Source: Isurus oxyrinchus (lineage: Eukaryota). From it: a stretch of DNA of 64,000 nt. The first letter of the stretch is position 1; each line of letters starts with the position of its first letter. The notes under the pieces were generated by a model. That model worked only from the letters and a program-made list of their open reading frames with translations. It did not search any database and was not told the origin of the DNA. This document shows, in pieces, positions 23,781 through 37,400 of the stretch. The stretch spans positions 9,610,001 through 9,674,000 of the forward strand of contig JANJGN010000038.1 of assembly GCA_026770705.1 (NCBI GenBank), given 5' to 3'. The translations under genes were made by a program, and so were the position numbers.

Positions 23781-24339
23781 TGAGTGGAAAGTCCTGGACA
23801 TTACCAGATGTTAGGAGCAGCAAACTACCCGGACTCTGCAGCTGACACGGTAGAATTACCAGCAGCATCTAAGGTGGAGGAGGAGAATCGAGATGAGTAG
23901 ATAGGTGTTTCGGAGTGAGAGCAGAGACATTGCATTGTTTGAGTTTAGCGTGAGCACATTCATTTGTACATTGAACACTCGTTACTTTGAACATATCTCT
24001 ATTAACAAATCAATGGTAAGTAATGTCCCATCAAAAAAGTTCATCATAAAATGAAGTTGGGGTTTAATAAAGATCTGACTATTTTCACTCAGTGAATCTC
24101 TTGTCGAAACTGATCTGTGTCAATAACATAATAAAATTACATTTACATTGTCTTAACAGTGTGACAACTCACCCACAGTGACGGTGTCAATAGGATAGGA
24201 TCACGTTTACGCTGCAAAATGGTATGAGTAACCATAAGAAATAGTGCAGCTAGAGTGAGGAAATTATACTTTGGAAGAGGAAAACATTCTCTCCTTATTT
24301 TTAGCTGAGACCATTATATTGGATAGATTTAACCAATAA

Positions 24340-24600
24340 AGTTCAAATTGATATTATCAAGAGAGAGGGAGAATTGATATCAATAATGTGAAGAAACCAC
24401 ACGGATAAACGTCTAAAAGTGCACTGTTAAAGGGGAGAAATTATATCATTAATGGGTATAAATTGCATCAGGAAATGTAAATAATTATGTCGTTAAATTG
24501 GAGAACTAATGTGTGAAAGTGTAGTAAAGAGGAGAAATTATATCAATTGGAGTGAAGAAATTCCATGCTTGAAGGAGAAAGATACCGCGGAGGGGAGCCG
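24340..24600. repeat. Degenerate ~21-bp minisatellite (GAGAAATTATATCATTAATGG-like)
   Basis: Recurrent GAGAA(A)TT(G/A)ATATCA motifs. Confidence 0.5.
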
Positions 24601-24703
24601 GGGGAAGATGTCAGTACGATAGAGAAGAGCAGCGAGTAAATGAGAGCAATGATAAAGTCTAATCAATGAATTCCGTAAGTAATAATTAACTACAATAATT
24701 TAC

Positions 24704-24773
24704 CTGGAACCTCGATAGCTGCAAGGAAAGCATAGTAAATGGCAAAGAAAAGATATTTTCGTGATCCGTGCAT
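24704..24773 (-). CDS. GPCR #1 exon 1 (MHGSRKYLFFAIYYAFLAAIEVP)
   Basis: ATG at 24773; 70 nt, phase-1 donor CCAG|GTAAAT that joins exon 2 in frame; same IYY..LAA..VP TM1 motif as GPCR #2 exon 1. Confidence 0.85.
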
Positions 24774-24824
24774 GTTTAGCAAAAGTTGTCAGCACGTTCT
24801 ACATGACATTGAAAACTTGTCGCG

Positions 24825-24859
24825 TTTATACCCGATGTCCGGCTCCAGGGAATTAATTG
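24825..24859 (-). promoter_or_regulatory. Putative core promoter of GPCR #1 (TATAAA plus adjacent O/E-like and homeodomain motifs)
   Basis: TATAAA on the minus strand at 24825-24830, about 50 nt upstream of the ATG; TCCAGGGA at 24844-24851; TAATTG at 24854-24859. Confidence 0.45.
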
Positions 24860-25309
24860 TTTGATTCTTTGCAATATTTGCAAATTGAAACAAGTAGTTT
24901 ATTCCAGCTGCTGCCAAGGTGGGGTTTATTTTTTGATGTTATGTAATGTTTTTAAAGGGCTCCGAATTGTCTCTAATGTAAAATACCCAGGGAGTACAGT
25001 TATGTACTCCAAATTGTGTCCCTTCATAAGAAGACAATGAACGGCTAAATAGGTGGTTTCAATGGCGAAAACGAGAAATATGCATAATTATCGGGTGTGA
25101 ACCCACCAATACTGTGTTAAGTCTCAGCACAAGCGTTAATGAACCAGAAAGATTCTGGCCCGAAGGAAAAACTCTGTTTACTTCTTATTCCTGAGCAATG
25201 TTCAGTCCGTATGACATTGTGCTACAACACCATTGACTTCAAATACTCAGGAGCTGTGCATCGAAACTCAAATCAAACTCTGTGAATTAATTGTAACATT
25301 TCCAATCAT

Positions 25310-26060
25310 GCAGAGTTATTTTCAGTGAGGACAGTTCTAGTTCGGCACCGTTACGTTGAGTGAATTGTAGTCCAGATCAGCAGAGAAGCATTTCATTCTC
25401 TTCTGCACGAGTGCATTGACGGTACACAGCCCCAGGTGAGTGCAGTTACATTCAGTGTTCACATGTCCAGTTAATGGCGAATATATTCAGTATGGATATG
25501 GCCAGTTAATTGAACTGTAATTCTGCATAGGCTGGTCTAGTTGATCATAGTTTCATTTTATTATATTTTTTTCACATACGTGTCCGCTTGAACATCGGAA
25601 CCGTGACTATGCCCGGGTTCATTCCACAAAGTTTCAGAAAGTCCGGGATATGTCCAGTTCATCATGGTTAAATTCAATGTGGGGAGGACATGTTCAGTAG
25701 GCTGCACTCAGTGTTCAGAAGCCGATCTCAGTCCAGACCAACAGGTTTAATTCAGGCATTGAAATGTACATTTGTACGAGCAGGTCCAAACCAGCGGTAA
25801 TAAATTCAGTGTTTCGGGGCCCAGTTTAATATCAGTGTGTAGAGGGCCAAATCACTCAATTTACTCTCAGAACAGAAGCGGAGATCAAGGCTCTTTAATG
25901 CAGTGTGAACAAGTTCAATTTAACCTGTTACATTCACTGTGGATAGACCTAGCTCCACCCTATTAATTTCTGTGTGGACAGGTCCAGTTGAAACTGGCGA
26001 CCTTCCTCGTGCACAGATCTTATTCCAGCCATCGACATCTAGTGAGAACATATCCAGCAC
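25310..26060. repeat. Ancient ~35-bp minisatellite
   Basis: CCAG(G/T)T and CTAGTT landmarks at 25432, 25467, 25502, 25537; consensus near AGTTAAATTCAGTGTGGACAGGTCCAGTTAA. Confidence 0.65.
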
Positions 26061-26139
26061 ATAATAATAATAATTATTATTATTATTATCCTTCTTCATA
26101 ATAATAGTAATAATTATTATGATTATTATATTATTAGTA

Positions 26140-26525
26140 CATATTTTTAATGGGGTGTCGGCTTCGCTGGAAAGGCCAGCATTTGCTGCACTCCCTAGAT
26201 TGCCCTTGAAATGAATGGCTTACTAGATCATTCCCGAGGGCTGTTTAGAGTCAACCATATTTCTGTGCGTGTGGAGTCTCACATAGGCCAAACTAAGTGA
26301 GGGCAGTGGTTAATTTTCATGGGATGTGGGCTTCAGTGGCAAGGCCAGCATTTGTTGTCCACCCCTAATTACCCTTGTGAAGATGGTTGTGAGCTGCCTT
26401 CTTGAATGACTGCAGTCACCTGATGCAGGTGCACCTTCACTGATGTGTGAAAGAAGTTCCAAGGAATTTGACCCAGTGGCAGCGAAGGAACGACGATATA
26501 GTTGCAAGTCAAAATGGTTTAGACT
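26140..26525 (-). mobile_element. Two stacked 3' ends of the CR1/L2-type LINE or its partner SINE
   Basis: Reverse complement of the AAATGCTGGCC...CCCACATCCCATGAA tail also seen at 31430-31480 and 51280-51325. Confidence 0.7.
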
Positions 26526-27099
26526 TGCAGGAGCACTTACCTACCGCCTTTAATGCAACAGTTCAAAATAGATTTTAGATTTAAAAAGCAAGCCAGCATG
26601 TTACCACAACACCCAGGCGACAATGGAATTCCAAAGGGCTTTTCTCCAGCTTTAGTTACTGTCCACAGCAGACCTTTGCAAAATATGGCTGGAGGCTTCT
26701 CCTAAGCTGTTTCACGCACTCCTGTTAGATCTTACATGTCCCTGCTTCAACCCTAAAATAGCCTTTAATTCCTCTTTATGTATGTTTCTCCATCTTTAAC
26801 CTGTAAGTTCCACTGTTCCATATGTCTTTACAAATTTTCTTTTCGCATAAAATAAATACCTTTCCTTTTCTTTTTTGGAAAAATAAACACACTGCTTGGC
26901 CTTGCTTATCGAGCCATTTGTAAACATCCTACCATCTCTTTGAAATCCAAACATCTCATTTACTTCCTTTGCACATTAGACGCTAAAGTCTCATCCATGT
27001 TTGCTCATCAGCAAATCCAATAAATTACACACAGACAGAATCATCCAGACTCACACCTTTAGGCCTAGTTTGCAGTACATCTCAATAGCAGTATGAAAA

Positions 27100-30000
27100 A
27101 TTCTTATAGTTTTATAACAAGATGGATGCTTTTTGGAAAGTATTTTGGCAATATGTTGGTATTCTGTATAGATGGATGTGTATTTGTGTGTGTGTGCTCA
27201 TAATTTGTTAAGCTTGGAGTAGGTTCATAGAGGCAGCTTGCCTGTATGAGTTGAGAGATAAAAGTGTACAGGTACGAGTTGCATATATTTGCAATTAGAG
27301 GCAACGGTGATGTTGGATTTACAAGTAAATAAGGTGGGTTTTTAAAACTCGCATTTGGAGATAGGTAGGGACTTGACCTTGCAGCTGTTAAATTTCAAAG
27401 TAGAGTTTGAAGGACGTTTAAAACTTACAATTCTTTCATAAGAAAAAAGGGAACGTTATTACATTTCATTTGTTCCGAAAGTGGAGGCAACAGGAAAACA
27501 TTAATGATTTTTCTATTTTGGGGAAGTTTAGTTCAAGAAGGCGCTGAGGAAAATAGAGTCTAAGATGAAAGGGGAAAAGGATATTTAAGGAAAGATGTTT
27601 AGCTGAAATAAAAACAGAAAACTCCCTGTCTGTTTTTGTTTCTCTGTTTATTTCAGCTTTCCAACATCCACAGTATTTTGCTAGTATCAAAATGCTGAGT
27701 TCAGTTGTGGTGGTTGTGCGGGGGACATGCCCTGAATCCAGCTCTGTCCTGAGACAATGTATGACATCTGAAACAGCCTTCCAGCCAAACAAGGAAAAGG
27801 CTGTCTTTTATCCAGAAATCAGTTTGTGTTCCGAACTTTCTTGGATTTCCGCAGCAGAGGAGTCATGTGGTAAACCCTTTCTAAATTATCAGCAGCTTTG
27901 AATTGAATGAATATTATTCGCTTTTTATACTTAAAAATCTCTAAGGATGTGGTTTCTAAGTAGTTTACTTGTGCATCCTGACTATTTGTGGTTTCGGGGG
28001 CAGGGAGGTGGCGATGTTTTGTAGAACTGTTTCAACTTCATAACTTTAATCTGAAGTGGTCACTGTTTTCCTTCCTGTTAATAAATCTTTTAACGTTTTA
28101 AAATCCTAAAGGTCTTTTGGAATTCTAAGCTTCTGGGATCAGTAGCTTTTTTTCCTTGTTTTCAAAATACAAATGAAAATGTTATGCACAGGAAGATAGG
28201 TTTACCTCTACGATTTGGCCTGATCAGAAAATAACATTGGTTGTGTTTGTAACAAATTTGGGGGCTCTTTGCCTGATTTAAAATTATTTGCTTGAATTGC
28301 AATTTGTGAACTTAAACAGATACAAGTTAGAGGAGAGTACTGACGTCAAGGGGTTTGTGTTGATGGACTGTAAAGTGATTGCATTGCAAAATGCAACTGC
28401 TAAGACTTTTCTGGGAGTGCAAAATGTAACTTTGGAGCATTTGAAATCTCTGAAAGAGTTATCACATGACGCTCAGGTAGAAATAAAAGCGAATTTTTTA
28501 AGGCTCATTTAGTTGCAGTGCTTACTCAGGATTTAAAGTTAGAGGAACAGACACTTGATAATAATGTTTCATAGCTGGAGTTAGTAGGGCTTCAGCTGCA
28601 GATGAAGAAGTTTGAACTTGAACAAGAAAGGGAACTGAAGGGACTTGAATCAGAAGTAAAATGAGAAATGAGAAAACCTGAATTCGAAAAAAATGAGGAA
28701 GGGGAAGATAAAAACAGATTAAAATAAATAGAAATAAAAACGCTTGCATGGGGAGGGAGGAAGAAGAGCAAGATGAGGAAAAGAAAAACGTTGCAATAGG
28801 TCTTTTAGGACAGAGATGAGGGGAATTGTTTCTTCAAAGAGTGTTTGTGACTAGGAATTCTCTGCCTCATAAGGTATTAAAGGCGGGGTCATTGAATATT
28901 GTTACGGCAGAGATAGATAGGCTCTTGTTAGGCAAGGGACTCAAAGGCTTTCTGGGTTATGTGGAAATGTGGATTTTGAAACACCAGAAAAAGTTATTGA
29001 ATGGTGGAGCAGGCTCGAGGGGCTGAATGATCTACCCCTGTTACTATGTCTTATGTTGCTATGTTCTTAATAAATAGAAATTAGAAAGCTCGAACTTCAG
29101 CAATAGAGACAGAAGGTAGCAATTGAGGAAAGAGAGAAGTAGAGAGATACCGAGTTTCAGAGAGAGAAAGAAGCCAGGCAGTATGAATTGTCTAAAGTAA
29201 AACTTAGAATAAAGAAGGAAAGGAGAGTTGTTGATTCAGGTGGTGACTTTGATTTCTTTGAGGAATTTGATTTAAGAAAAAATCTTAAGTTCGTGCCTAA
29301 TTTTATGGAGGATGGAATTGAAAGATATTTCCCCTGATTTGAAAAGGTAGCTATGAAATTGAATTGGCCAAGAGATACTTCGACTATAATGTTACTAAGT
29401 GTTTTTCAGGTACAGCAACGATTCTGTACACGAGCTTATTAGAGGAACCATGTGCAGGCTTCGAGGAAGCTAAAAGGGCAATACTAAATGTTTATGAAAT
29501 TGTCCTTGAAGCTTATCAGTTGAAGGTTATGTCTGTAAGAAATAGACCTAATCAACCATTTGTAGAGTTTTCAAGAAAATTAAATAAATTCTTCGAGAAC
29601 CAAATCTTATGTCTTTGAAGTTAGACAAGACTTATGATAATTTAAAAAACATTATGATTATGGAATAATGTAGGAATACTATTCCAGTAACCATCAAGAC
29701 ATATTTAGATGAAAAACCATTAAAAACTCCAGGGAAACCGCCGTTTTATTCGATAATTTTGATAATTCACACACATAGTTGAGTGTAGGAAAAAGATCAG
29801 CAAGAGAATCAGAGGTAAAGAAACCTACTGATTATAAAAGTATTAGTAACAAGGAGCAAGCTGAACGATACCAGTCTTCTAAAGATGAACACATGCAGGA
29901 CACGCCAATATCCCTTGCAAAGGTGAAAACGGAATAGTCAGTATTCGTCAGAGAGGTGGGGATGTTTTCACAACCTGCTTAAGGAAGTTCTCAAGGGCAA

Positions 30001-30335
30001 GTTACAGAGACCCTTAAATAGTTCAAATGCGAAGGGAAAGTGTATCCATGCTTTCCGAGCAAGGCAGGATGGACGGTTAAGACCCTAAGAGATACAGGGG
30101 CTGTGTACACATTAATGCTATGTGAAAGTGCCATCTGCTGTCCAGAGGAGTTACTAAAGAGAATGCGTTGGTTCATGGAATTCATGGCCGTTCAAGCCAA
30201 TTTAGTTATTAAAAAAATCTAAATTTAAAAGGCGATTTGAAAATAAGAGAGGTGATTGTTGGAGTGGTGGAGAAATTTCCTAGTGCAGGGGTTCTATTTA
30301 TTTTAAGGATTGATATAGCTGGACAACAAATATTC
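27100..30335 (+). mobile_element. Gmr1-like Gypsy LTR retrotransposon remnant (5' LTR, PBS, gag, protease)
   Basis: LTR-like end TGTAACA at 28254 followed by tRNA-Pro-like PBS TGGGGGCTC (28259); gag FDLRKNLKFVPNF.EDGIERYF..FEKVAMKLNWPRD; protease VKTLRDTGA. The LTR start is uncertain. Confidence 0.75.
28800..29070 (+). mobile_element. CR1 3' end nested in Gypsy gag
   Basis: FLQRVFVTRNSLPHK..., ATGTCTTATGTTGCTATGTTCTT tail. Confidence 0.8.
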
Positions 30336-30339
30336 ATTA

Positions 30340-31482
30340 CAGACTTGGTTCAAACAATGGGCAAAGGACTCCTGTGGTGAGGTGACAGTGACAGTGACTG
30401 CCCTTGACAGCAAGGCAGCATTGGACCAGGTGTGGCATCAAGGGGCCTTAGCAAAACTGAAGTCAATAGGAATCAGGGGGAAAAGTCTCGGTTGGTTAAA
30501 GTTATACCTAGCAGAAAGGAAAGTTCTTGTGGATGCTGGAGGTCCGTCATCTCAGCTCCAAGACATCACTGCAGGAGATCCTTAGGGTAGTATTCTCGCC
30601 CCAACCATCCTCAGCTGTTTCATCAATTACCTTCCTTCATCATAAGGTCAGAAATGGGGACGTTTATTTATGATTGCACAATGTTTAGCAACATTTGCAA
30701 TTCCTCAGATTCTGAAGCAGTCTATGCCCAAATGCTGCAAGACCCGTACAATGTTCGGGCTTGGGCTGAGAAGTGGCAATTAATATTCACACCACACAAA
30801 AGTAAGGTATTCACCATCTCCAAAAGGGAGAACCCAATCACTGCCCCCTGTTCAATGGCAACTCATCGCTGATAACCCCACAATCAATATCCTGGGTGAC
30901 TGTGGCAGCAAGAGAAGGTCAGAGGCTAGGAATGCTGCGACGTATAAGTTACCTCTTGACTCCCCAAAGCCTGCCCACCATCTACAAGGCACAAGTAAGG
31001 AGTGTGATGGAATAATCCCCAATTTACTGGCTAAGTGCAGCTTACATAATTCTGAAGGAGCTTGACACCATCCAGGAAAAAAACAAACCCATTTGATTGG
31101 CACCACGTCCACAAACACTCACTCCCCCCACCACCGACACACAGTATAAGAATCGTGTACCATCCACAGGAAGCGCTGCAGGAATTCACCAAGCCTCCTT
31201 CGATAGCACCTTCCAAAACCATGGCCACAGCCATCTGGAAGGGCAGATAGATGGAAATACTGCCAACTGGAAGTTCCTCTCCAAGTCACTCACCATCCTG
31301 ACTTGGCTGTTCCTTCACTGTGGCTGGGCCAATATCCTGGAACTCCATTCCTCACCACTGTGGGTACGCCTATACCACATGGAGATCAGTGGTGCAATTG
31401 GGCAGCTCACCACCAGCGACAGGCAAAAGCCATGGGCAATAAATGCTGGCCAGAGAAGGCCACGTCCCATGAATGATTTAAA
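30340..31482 (+). mobile_element. CR1/L2-type LINE 3' half (same family as 48740-51330)
   Basis: VTALDSKAALDQVWHQG, DITAGDP*GSILAP, AWAEKWQLIFTPHK; tail GGGCAATAAATGCTGGCC...CCCATGAATGA. Confidence 0.85.
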
Positions 31483-34400
31483 ATTGTGAATCTGAATCAT
31501 TCTGAAACAGAATCTGGATCGTTCTGAATTAGAATCTGAATCAATCTCAATTTGAACTTGAATCATTCTGAACTTGAATAAACCAGAATCTGATTCTGAA
31601 ACGATCTGAATCAGAATATGTACATACCTTAATATGAATCAGCAACAATCTGATTATATTTTTCTCTGAATGGGAACCTGCATCATTCTGAATATGAATG
31701 TGAACACTTCTCAATGTGAAACGTAATCAACTTGAATATTAATCTAAATCATTCTGAATGTGAATCTGAATCAATCAGAATGTGAACCTCACACAATCTT
31801 AATGTTCATTTGAATCAATTATGATCCTTAACTAGGTGGTGCTAAATTTGAACCTGAATGTTTCCCAATGCGAATCTGAATCAAGCTGAATCCGAATCTG
31901 AATCATTCTCTTTGTCAATCAGAATATTTCGGATTTTGAATCTGAATTATTCTGAATGTGAATCTGAATTGCTCTCAATGTGAATCGGAAAAAAATCAGA
32001 ATCTGAACCATAATTATTCTGAACGTGAATCAGAATCATTCTGATTCCTAATCAGTACCATTCTTAATCAGGAAATGAATCATTATGAATTGAATTCTGA
32101 ATTATTTTGAGTGTGAAACGTTCTGCATGTGAATCTATTTATTGTTCAATGTGATATTGAATCAATATGAATGTGAACCTGGATCATTCAGAGAGTGAAT
32201 CAGAATCATTACGAACGTGAATTTTGAGTCTTTCTGAATGTTAACTTAACTCGATTTGAAAAAGAAGCTCAATAATTCAGATTGGGAGCCCAAATCAATC
32301 TCAACCTTCAAAAGATTCTTTCTGGCTGTGAACCAGAATCATTCTGAGCATGAATATGAATAATTATGAATGGAATCTGAATTGGAACGAATATGAATGG
32401 AAACAATCTGAATATTAATTGGAGTCATTATAAATGTGAATCTGAATCTTTCTCAATCAGAATCGGCATCCATTTGAATCCGACAATGAATCATTCTGAA
32501 ATTGAATCGAAATTGTTCTGAGATTGAATCTTTCTGTATGTGAATCTGAATAGTTCTCAACGTGAACCTCATTCAATATGAATGTGAACATTAAACACTC
32601 AGAGAGTGAACCTGAAACATTATGAATGTGAATCTGTATCATTATGAATTCAACTCAGAATTATTCTGATTGTGACTTTGAGTCAATCGTAATTTGAATA
32701 TGAATAGTTCTGAACATAATTATAAAACATTTTGAATGAGAATCTGATTCAATCTAAATCAGAAGCTCCAAAATTCTGAACATGAGTCGGAATCAATCTG
32801 AACCTCCAAGTGATCATTTCTGAACATGAACCACAGTCATTTTAAATGTGAATTTGAATTATTACAAAGGTGAATCTGGATCATTCTCACTCCAAATCTG
32901 AATCATTCAAAATATAATCAATATGAATATGAAACAGAATCATAAGAACATGGGAACATAAGAAACAGGAACACAAGTAGGCTATTCGGCCCTCAAGACT
33001 GCCCCGCCATTTTATATGAAGATGGCTGACCTGCCCCGTTCCTCACCACCTTTTTCGTACCAGCTCCTTGTAGCCCTCAATTCCCTGACATTTAAAAAGA
33101 CTATCTATCTCTTCTTCAGAAGCTTGCAGTGATCTAACCTCCACAACCGTCTGGGATATAGAATTCGAGCAATTCACTATCCTTTGAGTTAAGAAATTGC
33201 TTCTCATCTCATTTTTAAAGCTGTGCCCCTAATCCTGTAACTATGTCCCCAGTTCTTGTTCTCCCCACCAGTTGAAACATCTTCTCAACATCTACCCTGT
33301 GAAGCCCCCTCAGAATCTTGTACGTTTCAAAAAGATCACCCCTCATTCCTCTATAATCTGATGAATAAAGTCCAAATCTGCTTAGCCGTTCTTGATAAGT
33401 CAACCCCTTCATCCCAGCCATCAGCCTAGTGAATCTATTTGAACTGCCTCCGATGCCAGTATATTATTTCTTAAATATGGGTACCAAAACTGTACACAAC
33501 AAACCAGGTTTGGCCTCACCAAAAACCTCTGCAGTTGTTACAAGAATTTGTTATTTTTGAACTCCAACCCCCTAACAATACAGCCCAAAATTCCATTTGC
33601 CTTTATAATTTCTTGCTGCACCGGCATGCTAACATTTTGTTTTCCATGTACAGGAACACCCAGACCCCTCTGTGCTTCACATTTTTGGAGTTCCTCTCTA
33701 TTTAAATAAAGGTCTGCCATTTGATTTTTCCTGCCATGCATGGCCTCACAATTTCCTACATTAAACACCAACTTCCATTTTTTTGCCCACTCACTCAACC
33801 TATCTATATCCCTACGAACATTCTTTATGTCCTCACCACAACCTGCCCTCCCACCTATTTTTGTTTCATCAGCAAATTTGGAAACATTACACTTTCCCCA
33901 CTCTTCCAAGTCATTAATATAGATAGCAAATTATGAACGATTTGAGACTTATCCTTGTGGCATGCACTAGTTATATCTTTCCAACCTGAAAAAGACCCTT
34001 TCATCCCGACTCGTTGCCTTCTGTGTGTTATCCAATCCTGAATCCAAGCCCCAAATCCCATGAGATCCTACATTGTACAATAACCTTTTTATGCAGCACC
34101 TTATCACATGCATTTTAATGAGAATCTGAATCAATCTGAATCTGATCATGAATAATTCTAAATGTTAATCTTAATCGTTCTAAATATGAATGTACTTCAT
34201 CTTGAATGTGAATCCGAAACTGAAGCAAAATGAATCCTATTGAGTCAATCTCAACATAAATTGGAATCCTTCTAAATTTCAATCTGAGTTATCCTGAATG
34301 TGAATCAGTATCATTGCGAATATGATTGTATTTCATTCTAAATGTGAGTCTGATTCAAAGTGAATGTGAATCTGAATTAATCTGCACGTGAATGTGAGTC

Positions 34401-37400
34401 ATTTTGCATATGAATCCAGATTCTTTTGATGGGAAACTGAATCATTGTGAATCAGGACATGAAACAATCCGAATCTAATCATGAAAAAAATCTCAATGTG
34501 AATGAGCAACAGTCAGAAGGAGAATTTGAATCACTCTTAATCCAAATGTGAATTAATCTGAATGTGAATCGGTATTATTCTGTAGGTTGATCTGAATTAA
34601 TCAAAATCCGATACTGAATCATTCTGAATGTGAATCTTAACCATTCAAAATGTGAATCTGAATCATTCGGAATCAGAAATGGAATCAACCTGAATCTGAA
34701 TCTGAGTCATTTGAATATAATTCTGAAACATTCTAAATATTAATCCAAATCATTGTGAATATGAATTCAAACCTGATTCAACATCAACCATAATATGCTT
34801 CAATCTCAATGTGAATCTGAATCATAATGTGAATCAGGATCATTCTGAATGTGAATCTGACACATTCTGAATGTTCACATGATTCTGTCAAAATCCGTAA
34901 CTCAATGGCACGAGTTTTAAATCTGAATTATTCTGAAGGTGAATCTGAATGATTCAGAATGTGACTGAATCTGAATGCAAATCTGAACCATTCCACATGG
35001 GAATCGAATGATTCTGCATGTGAATCTGTACAGTTCTTAATGAGAAGGTGTGTCCTGCTGGATGTGAATCTGATATCATTCTGAATATGAATATGAATGT
35101 GGATCTGAGTCATTCTGAATGTGAATCTGATTTAATTTGAACTTGAGTCATGCTGAATACGATAATAAATCATTCTGAATATGAACCGGAGCCTGAATCC
35201 TATTATGAGACTAACACGTTCTGAATGTTCACATAATTAATTGAAAATACATGAATGGTGCTAATTTCAAGTCTGAATCTCTTTAAATGTGAATCTGAAT
35301 CATTCAGAATGTGAATCTGACCAAATTAGAATCAAACTCCGTGGGAACTTGCATCATTCTTCAAGTTAACCAGTATCATTCTGAATAAGAATGTGCATCA
35401 TTCTGAATGTGAACACGTAACATTCTGAATGTGAATGGGAATCAATCTGAATGTGAATCTGAATTAATCTGAATGTGAATCTGAATGAATCTGAATCTGA
35501 ATAATTCTGAAAGTGAACCTGTATTATTCTGAATATGAATCTGCAATAATCTGAATGTGAAGCTGAGTCATTCTGAATATGAACCTAAATGCTGCTGATG
35601 AGAATCTGAATCGTGCATCAGGACATGAATCAAACCGAATCTGAATATGAAAAAAAAAATCTCAATGTGAATCTATAACATTCCAAAGTTGAAGCTGAAT
35701 GAAACTGAACCTGAATCTGAATTCGTCTGAATGTGAATCGGAATCATTCTGCAGCTTAATCTCAATTAATGATAATCCGACTCTGAATCATTCCGAATGT
35801 GAATCTGAACCATAAAAAATGTGAATCCGACTCATTCAGAATCAGAATCTGGATCAAGCTGGCTTCTTCAGAATGTTATTCTGAACCATTCTGAATATGA
35901 ATCTAAATCATTGTGGATGTGAATTCGAACCTGATTCAATCTAAATCGTAATATGAGTCAATCTCAGTCTGAGTCTGAATCATAATGTGAATCAGAATCA
36001 GGATCATTCTGAAATTGAATCTGAAAAATTCTGAATTAGAATCCGAATCAATCTAATATCAGTTTGAATCATTCTGAAAGTGAATCTGAAATATTCTGAA
36101 TGTGAATTTGAATGAATCTGAATCCGATTCTGAATTGATCTTCATCCAACGAGGAATCAATCTGAATGTGAATCATTAACAGTTTATATTTAAATTAGTC
36201 TGAAAATGAATCTGAATCAATCCGCATGTGAATCTGTACGATTCTGACCATGAATGTGAGTCAGGCTCGCTGTGATACTTAATCAAACTGAATATCAATC
36301 TGAATATTTTGGAATGTGAATCTAAATGAAAATCGGACATATGCTGATTGTACGCATGATTCAATCGCAAACTGAAGCTCAATGGCACTAATTTTGAATC
36401 TGAATCATGCTGAATGTGAATCTGAATCAAGATGAACCCAAATCTGAATCATTCTCTTTGTGAATCTGAGTCTTTCGGTTTCTGAATCTGAATCATTCTG
36501 ATTGTGAATCTGAATTTTCCTGAATGTGAATTGGAATCATTCTGAGTCTGAATCGTTCTGCGTGTGAGTATGAATACTTCTCAGTGTGAATCAGAATCAA
36601 TATGAATGTGAATCTTAAGCATTCAGATTGTGAATCTGAATTATTATGAATATGAACTTTAGTCATTCAGAATGTGAATCTGACCCAAACCTGAATCCAT
36701 CTCCACGAGAACCCGAATCAATCTGCATGTTAATCATTATCATTCTGAATGTGAATCTGAATCAATCTGAAAGTGGATCTGAATCATTCTGAATGTGAAA
36801 CTGAAATAACCTGAATGTGAACCTGACTTATTCTGAATATGAATCTAAATCTTTCTGAATGGGAACCTGAATCATTGTGCATCCAAACATGAAAGTGCCT
36901 GAATATGAATATAAAACAATCACAAAGTTAATTTGCAACATTCCAAATGTGAATCTGAATCAATTTGAATCCAAATATGAATCCATCTGAATGTGAATCT
37001 GACTTATTTTGTATGTTAATCTCAATAAAACATGATCCAATTCTAATCATTCTGAATTTCCATTAAACCATTCAAAATGAGAATCGGAATCATTCCGAAT
37101 CTGAAGCTCAATTAATCAGAATCCGATTCTGAATCATTCTGAATTTGAATCTAACTATTTTTCAATGTGAATTAGAATGGTTCTGAATCAGAATCTGAAT
37201 GACTCCCACGCCGAATATCACTCAATCAGAATATGAAACTGAATCATTTTGAATGAGAATCTGAATCAATCTGACTGTGAACCTGAATTGTTGTGAATGT
37301 GAATTTGAACCATTCTGAATGTGAATCTGAATCATTCTGAATATGACTTAGAAACTGATTCAAACTGAATCCTAATATCGGTCAATCTCAATGTGAACTT

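Noticed and set aside
24174-24215. Perfect CACAGTG heptamer
   Set aside because: No nonamer at 12 or 23 nt and no V segment; expected by chance
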